DNA of 63,028 nt, filler included, from Craspedostauros australis (taxonomy: Eukaryota), in the NCBI GenBank assembly GCA_030167865.1. It is 14 parts of 14 records of this genome, joined end to end, with 100 filler letters (N's around TTAATTAATTAA, not from the genome) between each part and the next. Parts side by side here need not be neighbours in the genome. Positions count along the whole stretch, not along the records: positions 16,419 to 27,879 come from JALAGF010000302.1; positions 27,980 to 30,183 come from JALAGF010000305.1; positions 30,284 to 36,024 come from JALAGF010000306.1; 11 more parts are not named here. The stretch is one strand, 5' to 3'. Below the pieces are notes generated by a model. The model ran no database searches and was not told the DNA's origin. It saw nothing but the letters and a program-made list of their open reading frames with translations. Below are positions 20,737 through 33,843 of the stretch, piece after piece. The position numbers and the translations under genes were made by a program. Positions within the stretch are counted from its first letter, which is position 1. Each line of letters begins with the position of its first letter.

Positions 20737-22888
20737 GGCGGCGTTGTTGTCGTCGTTGATGTGGATTGCTGTTGGTTGATGTGGGTTGGTGCAGGTCGGG
20801 TGGATGGAATTGGCGGTTGCTCGGTTTTCGACTTTCTGCTTTCGCTTCTGGTTTTCGCTGTGCAGTTCTGATGAGCTTCTTACGTGACTGTGAGCGATAG
20901 GGGAGTGCGCTTGCGGGGTGATTGTGTGTGATTGTGGGCTGGATTTGGATCCGGATGGATTTGAAATTGTGAGCATGAAGGTGTCAGAGGAATGAGGCAT
21001 CTGCCCAAAGCAGGTTGTGATCGGCGTGACCAGACCAACAAAATGTGGAAGCGACCCCAGTCACGTCAATCAATCTGCGTAATTTTGCTCTTGCTTGCAC
21101 TCGCACGACCGCCCATCACACACATCACACACATCACACACATCACACAGCACACCAACGCACAACACGGATCAACGAACAAACCAACACCACAGAACCG
21201 ACTCCGCAACAACGAACTCGGATAAATGAAGCACGGGAACGACACATATGACCCATTGGACTAGTCGAAACGCAACCAAAGAACATACAAATCATCCGAT
21301 GTGACAACATAGTATTTAACGCAATGACCCATCTGCTCTTCAGACGTGTTCAACATTTAGCAACCTCAACACGACAGCGAAATTACACACAACAAAGCCA
21401 TCAACTGCAACCCGAACTCTACCCGATCCCCGCCCGGCGAACATCATCTGCCTTCGATATCTCCGTTGAGAGCGTCTTCTGCACGTCTTGATCTGCTCTG
21501 AGTATGCTCTTTGTGTTCCACGCATCGAATTGCATAACGATTGCGAACATCCCCGACACCTCACAACACAATCTGACGTATCAACACAGTCCCACAACCA
21601 CGCAGTCCCCACCGAACCCAACCAGAACCCTACTTTGCGGCGTTGTTGCGTGTCTCGCCAACTCCGATCCCGTAAACCACTTTCTTTCGCCAAGGTCCAT
21701 TTCCGCCTCGAAAATGACTTTCCCTCACATTTTTAGATGGGTGGGAAGACGCCCGAACAAGCACCGCAACGCGACGGGATGAGACGCAATGGGATGCAAC
21801 GCAATGCCATGGATCTTACGATGCGGCGCGAAAGCATGGGACGAATCCAACATGCGCACAAGCGACGTGCAGCCAACGATGACGGTCGACACTCTACTCG
21901 TACTGGCATCAGCGTGTCAATCCAACCGACGGCAACAGAGTGGACGCAGACAGCCGTCAGAAATGCAGCATCACAGCATCGCATTTCCTCGATGGTGGTT
22001 GTGGCATACGACGACGGGGCAGAGTAGGAATGGGAGCAAGATCCTGATGGGCGGCAGTTCAACGTCGGCATCGGCGTCGGCATCGATAGCAGCGGAATGG
22101 AATACGCAAAGAGTTACCGATGATAGTGACACTACCGCCGATAATTTCCACCATTGATGGACCTGTGAGAACGAGTGGGTTGGTTGCGTATCGCGCCCAA
22201 CTTTCGCAAGGTGCGAAGCGGCCATCCTCTACTATTCACTGACGGTGGCATAGACATACCATCGAGATCATGAGCAGAAGAATAAATCTCGACAACCGCA
22301 GCGCCCACATCCGAAGTGCAACGCAAAAAACACCGCAGATTCGCCAGCCGTTCTGAATCTGTGCAGTGACGTGCAATGTGGTACTTGACGGTGCGATGCG
22401 ATGCAATGTGATGCGATGCAATGTGATGCGATGCGATTCGACCTGGTGCATAGTCACGCCCCGTTCCACGCGCAATGCGATATAGCGCCACACTACATCG
22501 CCGTTGTTGAGTGTGCGATACTGTGTGACCTCCCTTGATCCTATCCCATCGCCATCGTCACCATCGTATTCACGCCACCGCAATGGGTTACAGACGGGTC
22601 GCGTGGCGCGTGTATTACCTGGACCTGTTCATCTCTCCGCCTCACCAGCATTCATGGACTACCCTAACCAGTCTCACAATCCCTGCGCAAGTATCGACGC
22701 ATCCACTCTACGTACTCCGCTCAACTCCACTCAACTCAACTCTAGCACACGAATACTCTATTCCATGAATTTATGCAGTGCTATGTCGGTACTTCGTTAT
22801 GTATAATATGTATTCGTGTTGCTGTGGTCATGTACATACATGCATGTATGCATGCGCTGGCCAGTTGATCAGCTCGTCGACTCCGTGC

Positions 22889-24505
22889 CTACCTTGCCTG
22901 CCCGACAGTCCCATACAAACCCACCAGATCGCCGACAACAGCCGACCCAAATGTCTCCTTGATGGCTCCCATCGGCGTAGGACGCACCATCCACGGAAAG
23001 CCAACCGCATTCAGTCGATCCATGCGTTTGGTGGTCATCGTGGACTTCTGCCCGTTGCAATGCAGCCGGTACTGACGGCGTTGACTCTTTGCCCAGATTC
23101 CCAACGAAGGATTGTCGCTGTACATCGTGGGAACATTCGTGTGGCCGTGCTTTGCCTTGTACAGCATGAGATCGCTGAACCGCCTCTCCCAGGCCTCATC
23201 GTGAGAGTCCCACACAAAGCCGAGCTGCCGCAGCTTTCCTTGTCGTTCATCAGTGAGAGTGGAGTGACGCCCCTCCTGCTTCTGCTTGTACTGGCATCGT
23301 TGGCGCTTGACCCAGTGAAAGAGAGTCTTGTCGTCCTTCGCTTCGACGAGGCAGTGATTGTGCTGCCTGTGGAAGCGAACGAGCTGTTGGTACTTGACGC
23401 TCCATTGGCTGGACTGATAGTGCCGGAACTTGACGAGGTTCTTGCCGTTGCTATTGTTGCTGCCGTTGATACCGCTGCTGCCATTGCCCGGAGCGTGTTT
23501 GGTTGTTCGAGGTGTCTTGGAAACGTTCTTGGCGGCCCTCGTTTTGGTCTTCGGCCTTGTGGCTGTCCTTGCTCTTATCTTCGCCTGCGATCTGTGCGTC
23601 ATTGTTGTGGCTACCGCCGCTGGTGCTGTGATCGACGATCCTATTCGCGGTGAAGTCCAAATGCATTGAGCAGCAGCAGTCGTTGCAGCATGTGGTTCCA
23701 TGTTTGGTTGACGGCACATCTCAAGCACTGCGGTGGACGTGTGTTGATGTGGCGTCATGTGCTTCGTCACGGATTGGTTGGTGTCATAAATGCTGCCGAT
23801 ATCGAAGTCGACATCGAAGTCGATGATACCGATGGAGTCAGCGTCGTTGGTATCGCCGCGATTGCTGCCACATGTATGAGGGAGCAATGCATCATCGAAT
23901 CCTCCATCGAAGTCTCCATTGAGTTCGTCCTCGAAGTCTCCGAAGTCGTCCAAGAGTTCTCTCACGCCAGCGAAATCGCACGCCTCATTCATGCCGACCG
24001 CTTCGTTGATAGGCTCTCTCTCCATGATGGCGCATAGGCCATCAACCTCGCTCTCGTGTTGGCCACCGTTTCTGCTTGCGATTTCCGTCGTCTCCAAATC
24101 CGCATCGATTGTTGATGCTGAAATGGAGCACTCGAAATGCCTCTCCCAATCGCACTCATGCTGTGGTGGCTCATCGGTGTGATGCTGGGAGCAATCAAAT
24201 GGGCGGAGGACCTGGTGGATATCTTGGATATGATGGCGGTCATGATTCGCGAAAGTGTCCATGAGCCCCACGGAGTGGACCACTCGGGTGGAATTGCAGC
24301 CGATGGGCGCTGGTTCCAATGGGTTGCTGCCGACTGCACTGCTGTTGGTTGGGCCGGTGTTGGTGTCGACGTCGGCGTCGATATCGATACCAGATCGAGA
24401 ACCACGGCCGAGAGCGAGGTCCATAGTGATGTTTGGATATGTTGCGATACCGATGTTGATATCCACCACGCCGTCGCCCACTGCACCGATCATCATGCCA
24501 TCCAT
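22889..24505 (-). CDS. HA domain protein, paralog 2
   Basis: 538-aa ORF with the same tandem HA signature (QWSVKYQQLVRFHRQHNHCLV...LGFVWDSHDEAWERRFSDL...GHTNVP...LNAVGFPW). Confidence 0.88.
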   Translation of the reverse strand: MDGMMIGAVGDGVVDINIGIATYPNITMDLALGRGSRSGIDIDADVDTNTGPTNSSAVGSNPLEPAPIGCNSTRVVHSVGLMDTFANHDRHHIQDIHQVLRPFDCSQHHTDEPPQHECDWERHFECSISASTIDADLETTEIASRNGGQHESEVDGLCAIMEREPINEAVGMNEACDFAGVRELLDDFGDFEDELNGDFDGGFDDALLPHTCGSNRGDTNDADSIGIIDFDVDFDIGSIYDTNQSVTKHMTPHQHTSTAVLEMCRQPNMEPHAATTAAAQCIWTSPRIGSSITAPAAVATTMTHRSQAKIRARTATRPKTKTRAAKNVSKTPRTTKHAPGNGSSGINGSNNSNGKNLVKFRHYQSSQWSVKYQQLVRFHRQHNHCLVEAKDDKTLFHWVKRQRCQYKQKQEGRHSTLTDERQGKLRQLGFVWDSHDEAWERRFSDLMLYKAKHGHTNVPTMYSDNPSLGIWAKSQRRQYRLHCNGQKSTMTTKRMDRLNAVGFPWMVRPTPMGAIKETFGSAVVGDLVGLYGTVGQAR

Positions 24506-26506
24506 GCTGGAGTTCGTTCACTTGTTCTGCTTGATGGTGTTGACAGCAATGCTGTATTTGGTCATGTCTTCACGGTCACGAGACAGGAAGATCAGGATAC
24601 TGGTGCAATCGTGGTGTTGCCGATTGTGAGTACGTGATTAGTTGTGCGTGGTGGTCCGATGTGGCGATCTGTTTTGGTGTGATGTGATGATGTGATGCTG
24701 TGATGTGTCTGTAAATTGTGAGAATCCTGTGGTGAGGGTCTTTTTGTGAGATCTCTTGTTGTGTTGTCCTGTGGTGGTTCTGTGATGGTTCTGTGATGGT
24801 TCTGTGATCGGTGAAACAGGGAGAAAGGCGGCAGTGGCCTTTGTGCCACACAAAAACTCCGTTGTGCTTCGTGCTCGTATCGTGTGTGTGTATTTTTTCG
24901 CGGTACGAGAATGTACGTGGTTGTGGTTGCGTGTGTGAAGGATGATGCTACCATTCGCCACGTCACATGAGGGTTCTGTTTATGCCACGTTGCCCCGATG
25001 CCGTGTTGGGTATTAAGTGTTGGGGGTCATGTGACGCATCGTCATAAGTGTAATACCAGCGAAAGGTAGAAATCAAATACAATGCGAAACAAAACGACCA
25101 ACTGCAATCCACTGCAATACAAGTGCTGCACCTGCGCATGAGGAGAACATCGAAGAGTTGTAGTACGGACACAACGCCGTTCGTCATCGGAGTGACACGA
25201 ACAACTATTCGACCGATAGATTCCAGACAACACAACCCGGGTTCATCGCTTTGCAGATACTGTGCGGCCTCACTGCTGTTGCTAGCGTTGTTGTCGACAC
25301 GCTGTTGTGGGACGTGGAAAGCATCAAGCCAATGATCCAACCCGAACTGCAAGAGGTGAACAGAAACAATGTGTCTGCGCGCATCTCCGCTGTTTCGGGT
25401 CTCGTCTCTTCATCGTTCTCTTCGTCCTTCTCTTCGTCCTCCTTCTCTTTCTCCACCAAAGAGATCTCTCCGATGCGCTTGGGTCTGGACACAAGTCTGA
25501 GGTTGGGTCTGGAGCTGAAGCTGCAGGTCCCCTTTCTGATGTCTGTAGAATGATGACGATGCTCACGTCTGCGGACACGGCGGTCGTCGATGATGTTCTC
25601 ACATCAGCCACCCCAAGAGGCAGGTGTCTTCTCAGATGAGTGCAGATGCTGTGGATTGGTCGACGTTCTTCTCTCGGAAGTTGCAATGTGCTGCAAATCG
25701 CACTCTTACCAACTCGAATGACCGCCACAGCAATGACAAGAACGACAGCAACGATGGTAAAGACAGCAACAGGTACTCTCACGAAGATGATACTCTGCTC
25801 AACTCCAAGTCTTCGACAAGCAAACGTGCAGCACTCGTCTACACCACTTCACTCGACTCGACTCGAGGTCAGGTTTCCTCCACTCTCGTTGAACTCCATA
25901 GTATCCCATGTTCTCTGGTCTACAGTTATCCTTGTTGCTCCAGTGGACTCCATTGCACATACGAGTGTTCGTATACCCGCAGTCCTCGTCGCTTGCAGGT
26001 CACTCTTACTTGCGCTCTCTGTCACACATGGAGAACAGTTCGTCGTTTGTGATTAGCTTAGATTACGGTCGCTACCACTGAGTATGCGGGTATGGCACGT
26101 GGTGATGGGGACAGTGTTGTTGGTCCCCAAACTGCATCACAACTTGTCCCCAAACTCAGAAATCCGCGATCGGACATTCTCTCCTATTTGTGGTCTTGTG
26201 CGGGGCAACTTCGCATCAGTTTGCTCGCAGACACGTACGGTACAAGTATGTGCGAGTGCGTACCAGTACTTGCACAGACATGAAGCTGCAAGCCACAACA
26301 CCACACAGACATGTACGAACGTGGGAGCACAAGGACGGATGCGAACAGGAACGAACGAGAAGGGAACAACAGAAACTTGAAACGTGGCCGAACTCGGTGG
26401 TTCTCATCGACAAACATGACGCAGACAGAAGACCTTCTCCGGCGAAGTGAACCTTCTGTCCCTTTTGCAGATCCTGTGGACTGTTTTCCGCCTGCTAAAC
26501 AGATGG

Positions 26507-26538
<32 letters not shown>

Positions 26539-27305
26539 CAACAGAACGAACAAAGAGGACAAAGCGACAAGCGAATGGCGAATCCATGTCCCAAAAGCGA
26601 GTTTGGCTTTCCTCCTTCCACCTCCATTCTTCTCCGCAAAACGGTACGACCACGAGTGCTCGTGTGAGCTGGCACGGAGTTGTGGTCGCTGCGCTGTGGC
26701 CTCAACCCAGCGCAAACCCATCTGAGCTCTGCTGCAAGTCTGCCGTAGGATCACCCAGGGATCCGCCGCAGATTGAGGCAGAGCCAAGCGACGAGAGAAC
26801 GGGCGGACCAGCTCCGATCGAAATGAAGGGACGCGGAGCGAGGGTGTGGCAGCGCGGAGATCGAGACGAGATGGAAGGAGAGAAGAGAGAGAGAGAGAGA
26901 GGAGCTGAAGAGAAATTAGGGTACCTACAGCATGGCGGCGTAGCTGATTCACGGCACCTCGACGTAACGATGGTGATAGCAGCACAAGTACCGGACAGGC
27001 CACGCTCTGTGACCGTCCACAGGTGGCATACGTACACCATACAGATGAGCTTGTGTGTATGAGTGTCTACACTCGCGTTTGATTGTGTGGACAAGTGAGA
27101 GGATATAATCAAAATTGATGTTCTATATAGAGTGTCGAGTAGAGTATCTGGATGTGTCTGCATACGTCTGAATCCATTTGTGTACTCGGACATGGTCACC
27201 GTTCTGCTGTGTTGTGTCGGTGTAGGTGCCGGTGCCATCGTCTCCCGCCACAGCCGCCGTCAGCGCAAGCGCCAGCGACATGGGAATGCCACTTCAGCGG
27301 TTGCT

Positions 27306-27879
27306 TTACGACGATCCCGACGACTTGGAAGATCCAGACGAGCCAGATGATGAACGAGTCATGCGAGATGCGCGGATGGCCCAGACGAAGCCCATCGCAT
27401 TCAGGCGCTCGACGCGCACGGCGGTCAGTGTCGACTTCTTGCCAATTGAATGCAACCGATATTGCCGGCGCTGTCCCTTCACCCAGATACCGAGCGGTGG
27501 GTTTGGCGCATACTGAGTGGGGACATTCGTGTGCCCTGTCGCCTTCTGAAAGTCGATGAGCTCTCGGAAATGGAACTCCCAAGCGGCCTCATGAGTGTCC
27601 CACACGAAGCCGAGCGCCTGCAACTTGCTCTGCCTGCCATCCGTGAGTGTGGAATGGTTGCCATCCATCTTCTGCTTGTACTGGAAGCGCTGTCGCTTGA
27701 TCCAGTGCGAGAGCGTTTTGCTGTCGTTTGGATCGACGAGGCAGTGCCCGTGCTGCTTTTGGTACTGGACGAGCTCATGGTACCGCTGTTCCCATTGGTT
27801 GGCCTGGTATTTTCGGAACTTGATGGGCGTGGATGCGGATGTGGATGCGGAAGTAGCTTCGGTTGCGGTTGCGGTTGCG
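27306..27879 (-). CDS. HA domain protein, paralog 3 (3' part; 5' end lost in gap)
   Basis: Frame is open from the gap: ...TPIKFRKYQANQWEQRYHELVQYQKQHGHCLVD...LSHWIKRQRFQY...LGFVWDTHEAAWE...GHTNVP...LNAMGFVW. Confidence 0.85.
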
Positions 27880-27979
27880 NNNNNNNNNNNNNNNNNNNNN
27901 NNNNNNNNNNNNNNNNNNNNNNNTTAATTAATTAANNNNNNNNNNNNNNNNNNNNNNNNNNNNNNNNNNNNNNNNNNNN

Positions 27980-29725
27980 CGTTTTGGTGCCTGGCACGAT
28001 GATTGGATCAATGAAATGGCCGGCGTATCACTGCGACAGACTCGAAAATAATAATTTAGCCACAAAGTCGACACATCAACCATTTCCCTGTTGGACAGCG
28101 TAGAGTACTCTAGTTCATGATGTTGTTGATGAATCCTGTTGAGCAGAGGGTCGGACCTGCTATATTGCATACTGACATCAGCCATTGGCATGTACTTACC
28201 TTGGAATGGTCTACATCCAACTACAGGGAGATTCAGATCACATGTAGTCAGTTCCTGTGATATCGTTCGGTCACTGTGTGCACTGTGTTGGTCATATGTG
28301 CAAACAAAAGGTCAAGCAGAATTGATTATAGCAATCCCATCACTCCAAGCACACTCCAAAGGGTACGGCCACGAAGTTTGAGGTCTCTAATCCGTCTGGA
28401 AGGTACTCATATCTGAAAATCTGGATATGATATGGTGCTGTGTGTGACGGTAGTGTGAGCTACGCATCTGGATGTATAGTAACTCGACCATTTGTCCATA
28501 TAAAATGTCAGTCGCGATCCAATCCAACACTACCACCACTCCAAGCACACTCCAAAGAGTACGGATAAGGAGTTTGAAGTCTAGAATCAGGGTGGAAAGG
28601 ATCGAAATCTACGAATGGGGATCTCGCATGGAAATGGCTGGCGTCGTTAAATGGGGCTCACCTGCACGCATGCCAATACCCCTTTCTGACGGATCTAACA
28701 CTTCAAACTCCATAGCCGTACTCTTTGGAGTGTGCTTGGAGTGGTGGTAGTGTTGGATTGGATCGCGACTGACATTTTATATGGACAACTGGTCGAGTTA
28801 CTGTACAGTTTGATGCGTACCGTACTGTACTGCCCCCACAGCATCACATGACATCCTGGTCTGTAGATTTCGATCCTTTCCACATGAATTTATCACTTCG
28901 ACCTCTATATCCGTAACCTTTGGAGGGAGTTCGGAGTCATTGAAGTGTTGGATTGGAATATGATTGACTTTTTGTATGCACACATGCTCAGCATTCTGTA
29001 CAGCGCGATGCGTACCGTTCAGTACTGCTTGGTATCAGCATCCGTAGAATTTGATCCCTTCTAAACGGATCTAGGACTTCAAACTCGGTGACCGTACTCT
29101 TTGGGGTGCGCTTGGAGTAGTTCAGCTGGTTGGATCTCTGAAAACGGCCTGTGCAATGCATCGATATGCATAATACTGCACAAAACGATGCGTACCGTGC
29201 AGTCTCGTCCAATACAGTACTGAGGGATATCAACATCCGTAGAATTCGATCCCTTCCAGACGGATCTAACACTGCAGGCTCCATGGCCGTACTCTTGGGA
29301 GTGTGCTTGGAGTGGTGCAGTTGGTATCATCAAATATGCTTGACCTTTTGTATGCACAGTACGCACAGTGACCGAACGGTATCGCAGGAATGGACTACAT
29401 GTAATTGAAACTCCTCGCAGTTGGGAATGGATCATCCCAAGGTAGGTACATGCCAATGGCTTATGTCAGTATGCAATATAGTTGGTTTAACCCTCTACTC
29501 GTATTCCACAGAACAGGATTCATCAACATCATCATCGACTTGTCTCGTCTACTCTACTCTACTGGGAAACGGTTGGTGTGTGTGTGTTCGTGGCTAAATT
29601 AATATTTTCGTCGTTGTCGCAAGGACACGCCTGTCAACAGTCCGGCCATTGTGATTGGCCAGGCACCAAAACGACCTGGTTAGTGAACTTTGGCCTCAAA
29701 AACGACCTGGTTAGTGAATTTGCTC
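27980..29725. mobile_element. Non-coding foldback (long imperfect palindrome) element, copy 1; left end lost in gap
   Basis: CGTTTTGGTGCCTGGC at 27980 vs GCCAGGCACCAAAACG at ~29657-29672. 28150-28290 is inverted at ~29355-29485. Near-perfect inner arms ~28478-28585 / 28693-28803. Subterminal direct repeats AAAACGACCTGGTTAGTGAA x2. Homology with copy 2 ends at TTTGCTC. Confidence 0.75.
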
Positions 29726-29729
29726 GAAT

Positions 29730-29950
29730 TTTTTCGTTGGAGTTGGATTTTCGTGTGCTGTTGTGACACGATCCGGAAGGGATGGCCTAGTTGACTGCCA
29801 GATTCGAGGAATCTGATGATGAAGTCAACTTGGGGCGACCGTCTGGGGATTAGTAGTTAATGACAATGAAGTAGATTAGTGTTGTTGTGCTGATCTTGAG
29901 TTGTGCTATTTGTTATTTGAATAGTCTGCATTGTGAGTTTGATAGAACGA
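29730..29950 (-). repeat. Inverted partial copy of the ~750-bp dispersed repeat
   Basis: Reverse complement matches 32620-32840 (e.g. GTGCTGATCTTGAGTTGTGCTAT, AGTCTGCATTGTGAGTT). Confidence 0.75.
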
Positions 29951-30283
29951 TATTGAAAACGAGGGTAACTTACTGTACGCCGAAGGGTGATCAATCCGTG
30001 GTAGTGCAGTAGGTTGGTGAGTTTGTGTGTGAGTGTGTGTCTTAGTCTTTAAAAGCTGATACGAATCCAAATGAGACTTTCAAAAGGATTGTGAGCAGAT
30101 GATGAGCAGCATCCATTAGAGCTGGATCTGCATCATCTCTATTAGTAGTGGTATAGTGGAGCGTTGAGTCTCCCACGTGCAATNNNNNNNNNNNNNNNNN
30201 NNNNNNNNNNNNNNNNNNNNNNNNNNNTTAATTAATTAANNNNNNNNNNNNNNNNNNNNNNNNNNNNNNNNNNNNNNNNNNNN

Positions 30284-32019
30284 CGTTTTGGTGCCTGGCA
30301 CGATGATTGGATCAATGAAATGGCCGGCGTATCACTGCGACAGACTCGAAAATAATAATTTAGCCACAAAGTCGACACATCAACCATTTCCCTGTTGGAC
30401 AGCGTAGAGTACTCTAGTTCATGATGTTGTTGATGAATCCTGTTGAGCAGAGGGTCGGACCTGCTATATTGCATACTGACATCAGCCATTGGCATGTACT
30501 TACCTTGGAATGGTCTACATCCAACTACAGGGAGATTCAGATCACATGTAGTCAGTTCCTGTGATATCGTTCGGTCACTGTGTGCACTGTGTTGGTCATA
30601 TGTGCAAACAAAAGGTCAAGCAGAATTGATTATAGCAATCCCATCACTCCAAGCACACTCCAAAGGGTACGGCCACGAAGTTTGAGGTCTCTAATCCGTC
30701 TGGAAGGTACTCATATCTGAAAATCTGGATATGATATGGTGCTGTGTGTGACGGTAGTGTGAGCTACGCATCTGGATGTATAGTAACTCGACCATTTGTC
30801 CATATAAAATGTCAGTCGCGATCCAATCCAACACTACCACCACTCCAAGCACACTCCAAAGAGTACGGATAAGGAGTTTGAAGTCTAGAATCAGGGTGGA
30901 AAGGATCGAAATCTACGAATGGGGATCTCGCATGGAAATGGCTGGCGTCGTTAAATGGGGCTCACCTGCACGCATGCCAATACCCCTTTCTGACGGATCT
31001 AACACTTCAAACTCCTTATCCGTACTCTTTGGAGTGTGCTTGGAGTGGTGGTAGTGTTGGATTGGATCGCGACTGACATTTTGTATGCACAACTGGTCGA
31101 GTTACTGTACAGTTTGATGCGTACCGTACTGTACCGCCCCCACAGCATCACATGACATCCTGATCTGTAGATTTCGATCCTTTCCACATGGATTTATCAC
31201 TTCGACCTCTATATCTGTAACCTTTGGAGGGGGTTCGGAGTCATTGAAGTGTTGGATTGGAATATGATTGACTTTTTGTATGCACACATGCTCAGCATTC
31301 TGTACAGCGCGATGCGTACCGTTCAGTACTGCTTGGTATCAGCATCCGTAGAATTTGATCCCTTCTAAACGGATCTAGGACTTCAAACTCAGTGACCGTA
31401 CTCTTTGGGGTGCGCTTGGAGTAGTCCAGCTGGTTGGATCTCTGAAAACGGCCTGTGCAATGCATCGATATGCATAATACTGCACAAAACGATGCGAACC
31501 GTGCAGTCTCGTCCAATACAGTACTGAGGGATATCAACATCCGTAGAATTCGATCCCTTCCAGACGGATCTAACACTGCAGACTCCATGGCCGTACTCTT
31601 GGGAGTGTGCTTGGAGTGGTGCGGTTGGTATCATCAAATATGATTGACCTTTTGTATGCACAGTACACACAGTGACCGAACGGTATCGCAGGAATGGACT
31701 ACATGTATTTGAAACTCCTCGCAGTTGGGAATGGATCATCTCAAGGTAGGTACATGCCAATGGCTGATGTCAGTATGCAATATAGTTGGTTTAACTCTCT
31801 ACTCGTATTCCACAGAACATGATTCATTGCCATTATAACTTGTCTCATCTACTCTACTGGGAAACGGTTGGTGTGTGTGTTTCGTGGCTAAATTAATATT
31901 TTCGTCGTTGTCGCAAGGACACGCCTGTCAACGGTCCGGCCATTGTGATTGGCCAGGCACCAAAACGACCTGGTTAGTGAACTTTGGCCTCAAAAACGAC
32001 CCGGTTAGTGAATTTGCTC
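30284..32019. mobile_element. Foldback element, copy 2
   Basis: Apparently identical to copy 1 over the first ~700 bp, scattered substitutions after that, different right flank. Confidence 0.75.
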
Positions 32020-32084
32020 AAAAAACAAAGAAACAGGATTCCACGCACGGACACACTCAACAAAGTTGAAGTTAGTTGAAGTTT

Positions 32085-33575
32085 ATCTAAAGAACAGACT
32101 ACTTTCCACTTAGTGCATGCTGTGTCGCACCACGAAATTGTATTTGGCGCCAATTTTGGCGCGAAACCCTCCACCTACAAACACGGAAAACCCCTATTCT
32201 ACCTCGTTCTCCCACTCTCACTCACGAATCACTGCTGATTCAAAACTCACTTGAATCATCGAGATCAATGTACTCCGGGAACTATATGCTCCTCTGAAAT
32301 ATCGTGTCACACCTAACTCTGATTCCATTGTCAGCCATGCCAACTACCAACTTAACCCGACAACAACAAGGAGATCCTCCCTGCTTCAACATGAGCAGGG
32401 AATCTAACACCAATTCCTGTTGCCTGACAACCTGTGTTCTCAAAACACAACCTCAACCAAGATGTCAAGCCTTTGTACTCAAGCATAGAACAACTACCAC
32501 AGATAGCAGAGAGAGAAAGAGAGAGGAAGAGATCATCTGTTCTCAGCACTGAACCTCTTATGATCAGTGCAGAGCCACACTATCCATCTGAGCATCGTTT
32601 CTTCATCCTACATCTCAACCTGATCAACTCACAATGCAGACTATCAAATAACAGATAGCACAACTCAAGATCAGCACAACTCAAGATCAGCACAACAACT
32701 CTAATCTACTCATTTTCAACAACTACAATCTTTCCAGATGGTCGTCCATAGCCAACTGCAGCCCCAGCTTTGTTGAGACTGGCAGTCGGCTAGACCTTCC
32801 CTTCTGGATTGCGTCACAATGATACACAAAAATCCAACTAAGTTCAATAAGGGACAGACGATGTCAAACTTACGGTGTCCCACGCTGATGCCTGAAATTT
32901 ACTTTTGGGGCGATGCCTTCCGACTCCGACGACCGCAACACCCTCCTTCTTCTCCTCCCTCCTTTCGTCATTCACGGATAATTGCTGACTCAAACCACTT
33001 GATTGACTCGACTCAAGTTATTCTTGGAACCATGCTCCTCAGACTCCTTTCGACTGCACCTTGTCTTGATTCCCTCCATGACTATGGCAACCACTATGTT
33101 GCCACAGTCATGGCAGGGAGATCCAACTTACTTAAACCCAAGCAGGGAATCCGATGGTGAATCCCAACAATAACTGCTGCTACATCTTCTTTGCAACTTC
33201 AACTCAATGTTGAGTTGCAATGCTCTATACTTGAAGACAACAGCAGATGGAGAGATAAGTAGAGCAAGGACCAACGTCCGCCCTCAACACTGAACCATGT
33301 GGATCAGTGCAGAGCCGCACCAACTGTGCGAACATCGTTTCTTCATCCTAGTACAGCAACTAACTAACTCATAATAGCACAAGCCGAGATTAGTACAAAC
33401 AGCACTCCTCTATTCACCGTTGCAGTAACACTACTTCGCCAAATGCTCACCCCTCGCGAACTGCATCAAATGGTTTCTTTTGACCAGCAGTTCGCAGGGT
33501 TTCCTTCCAGATCATGTCACCAACAGCGCACGAATTCCAACTAAAATCAACAAATTCAAACCAACACAAATTTAG
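32085..33575 (+). repeat. Two diverged tandem units (~750 bp) of a dispersed repeat family
   Basis: Shared blocks such as CACTGAACC..GATCAGTGCAGAGCC..CATCGTTTCTTCATCCTA at ~32548 and ~33288, and TGCTGA(C/T)TCAAA..CACTTGA at ~32232 and ~32983. Confidence 0.7.
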
Positions 33576-33843
33576 AAAATAGGCTAAGCTAGTCTATTCG
33601 CGAGAGAGAGAGGAGAAGTCGATTTCCTGTACTCGTAGAGCTGTATGGTACAAGCTCTGCACGCCGCAGTGAACGATCACATCCAGTGGCATTCTCACAA
33701 GCACGATAAGCTCTGGCATGAACCTCCCCTCGGTTGTGTTCTTGGGGAGGCTCGATTCGCGTTCTTTGGTCTCTCTTTTTCGCGAATCCTGTTCGCATGA
33801 AGCATTCATGCACACATTCATGCATGCGCGCATGAAGTGTCTT

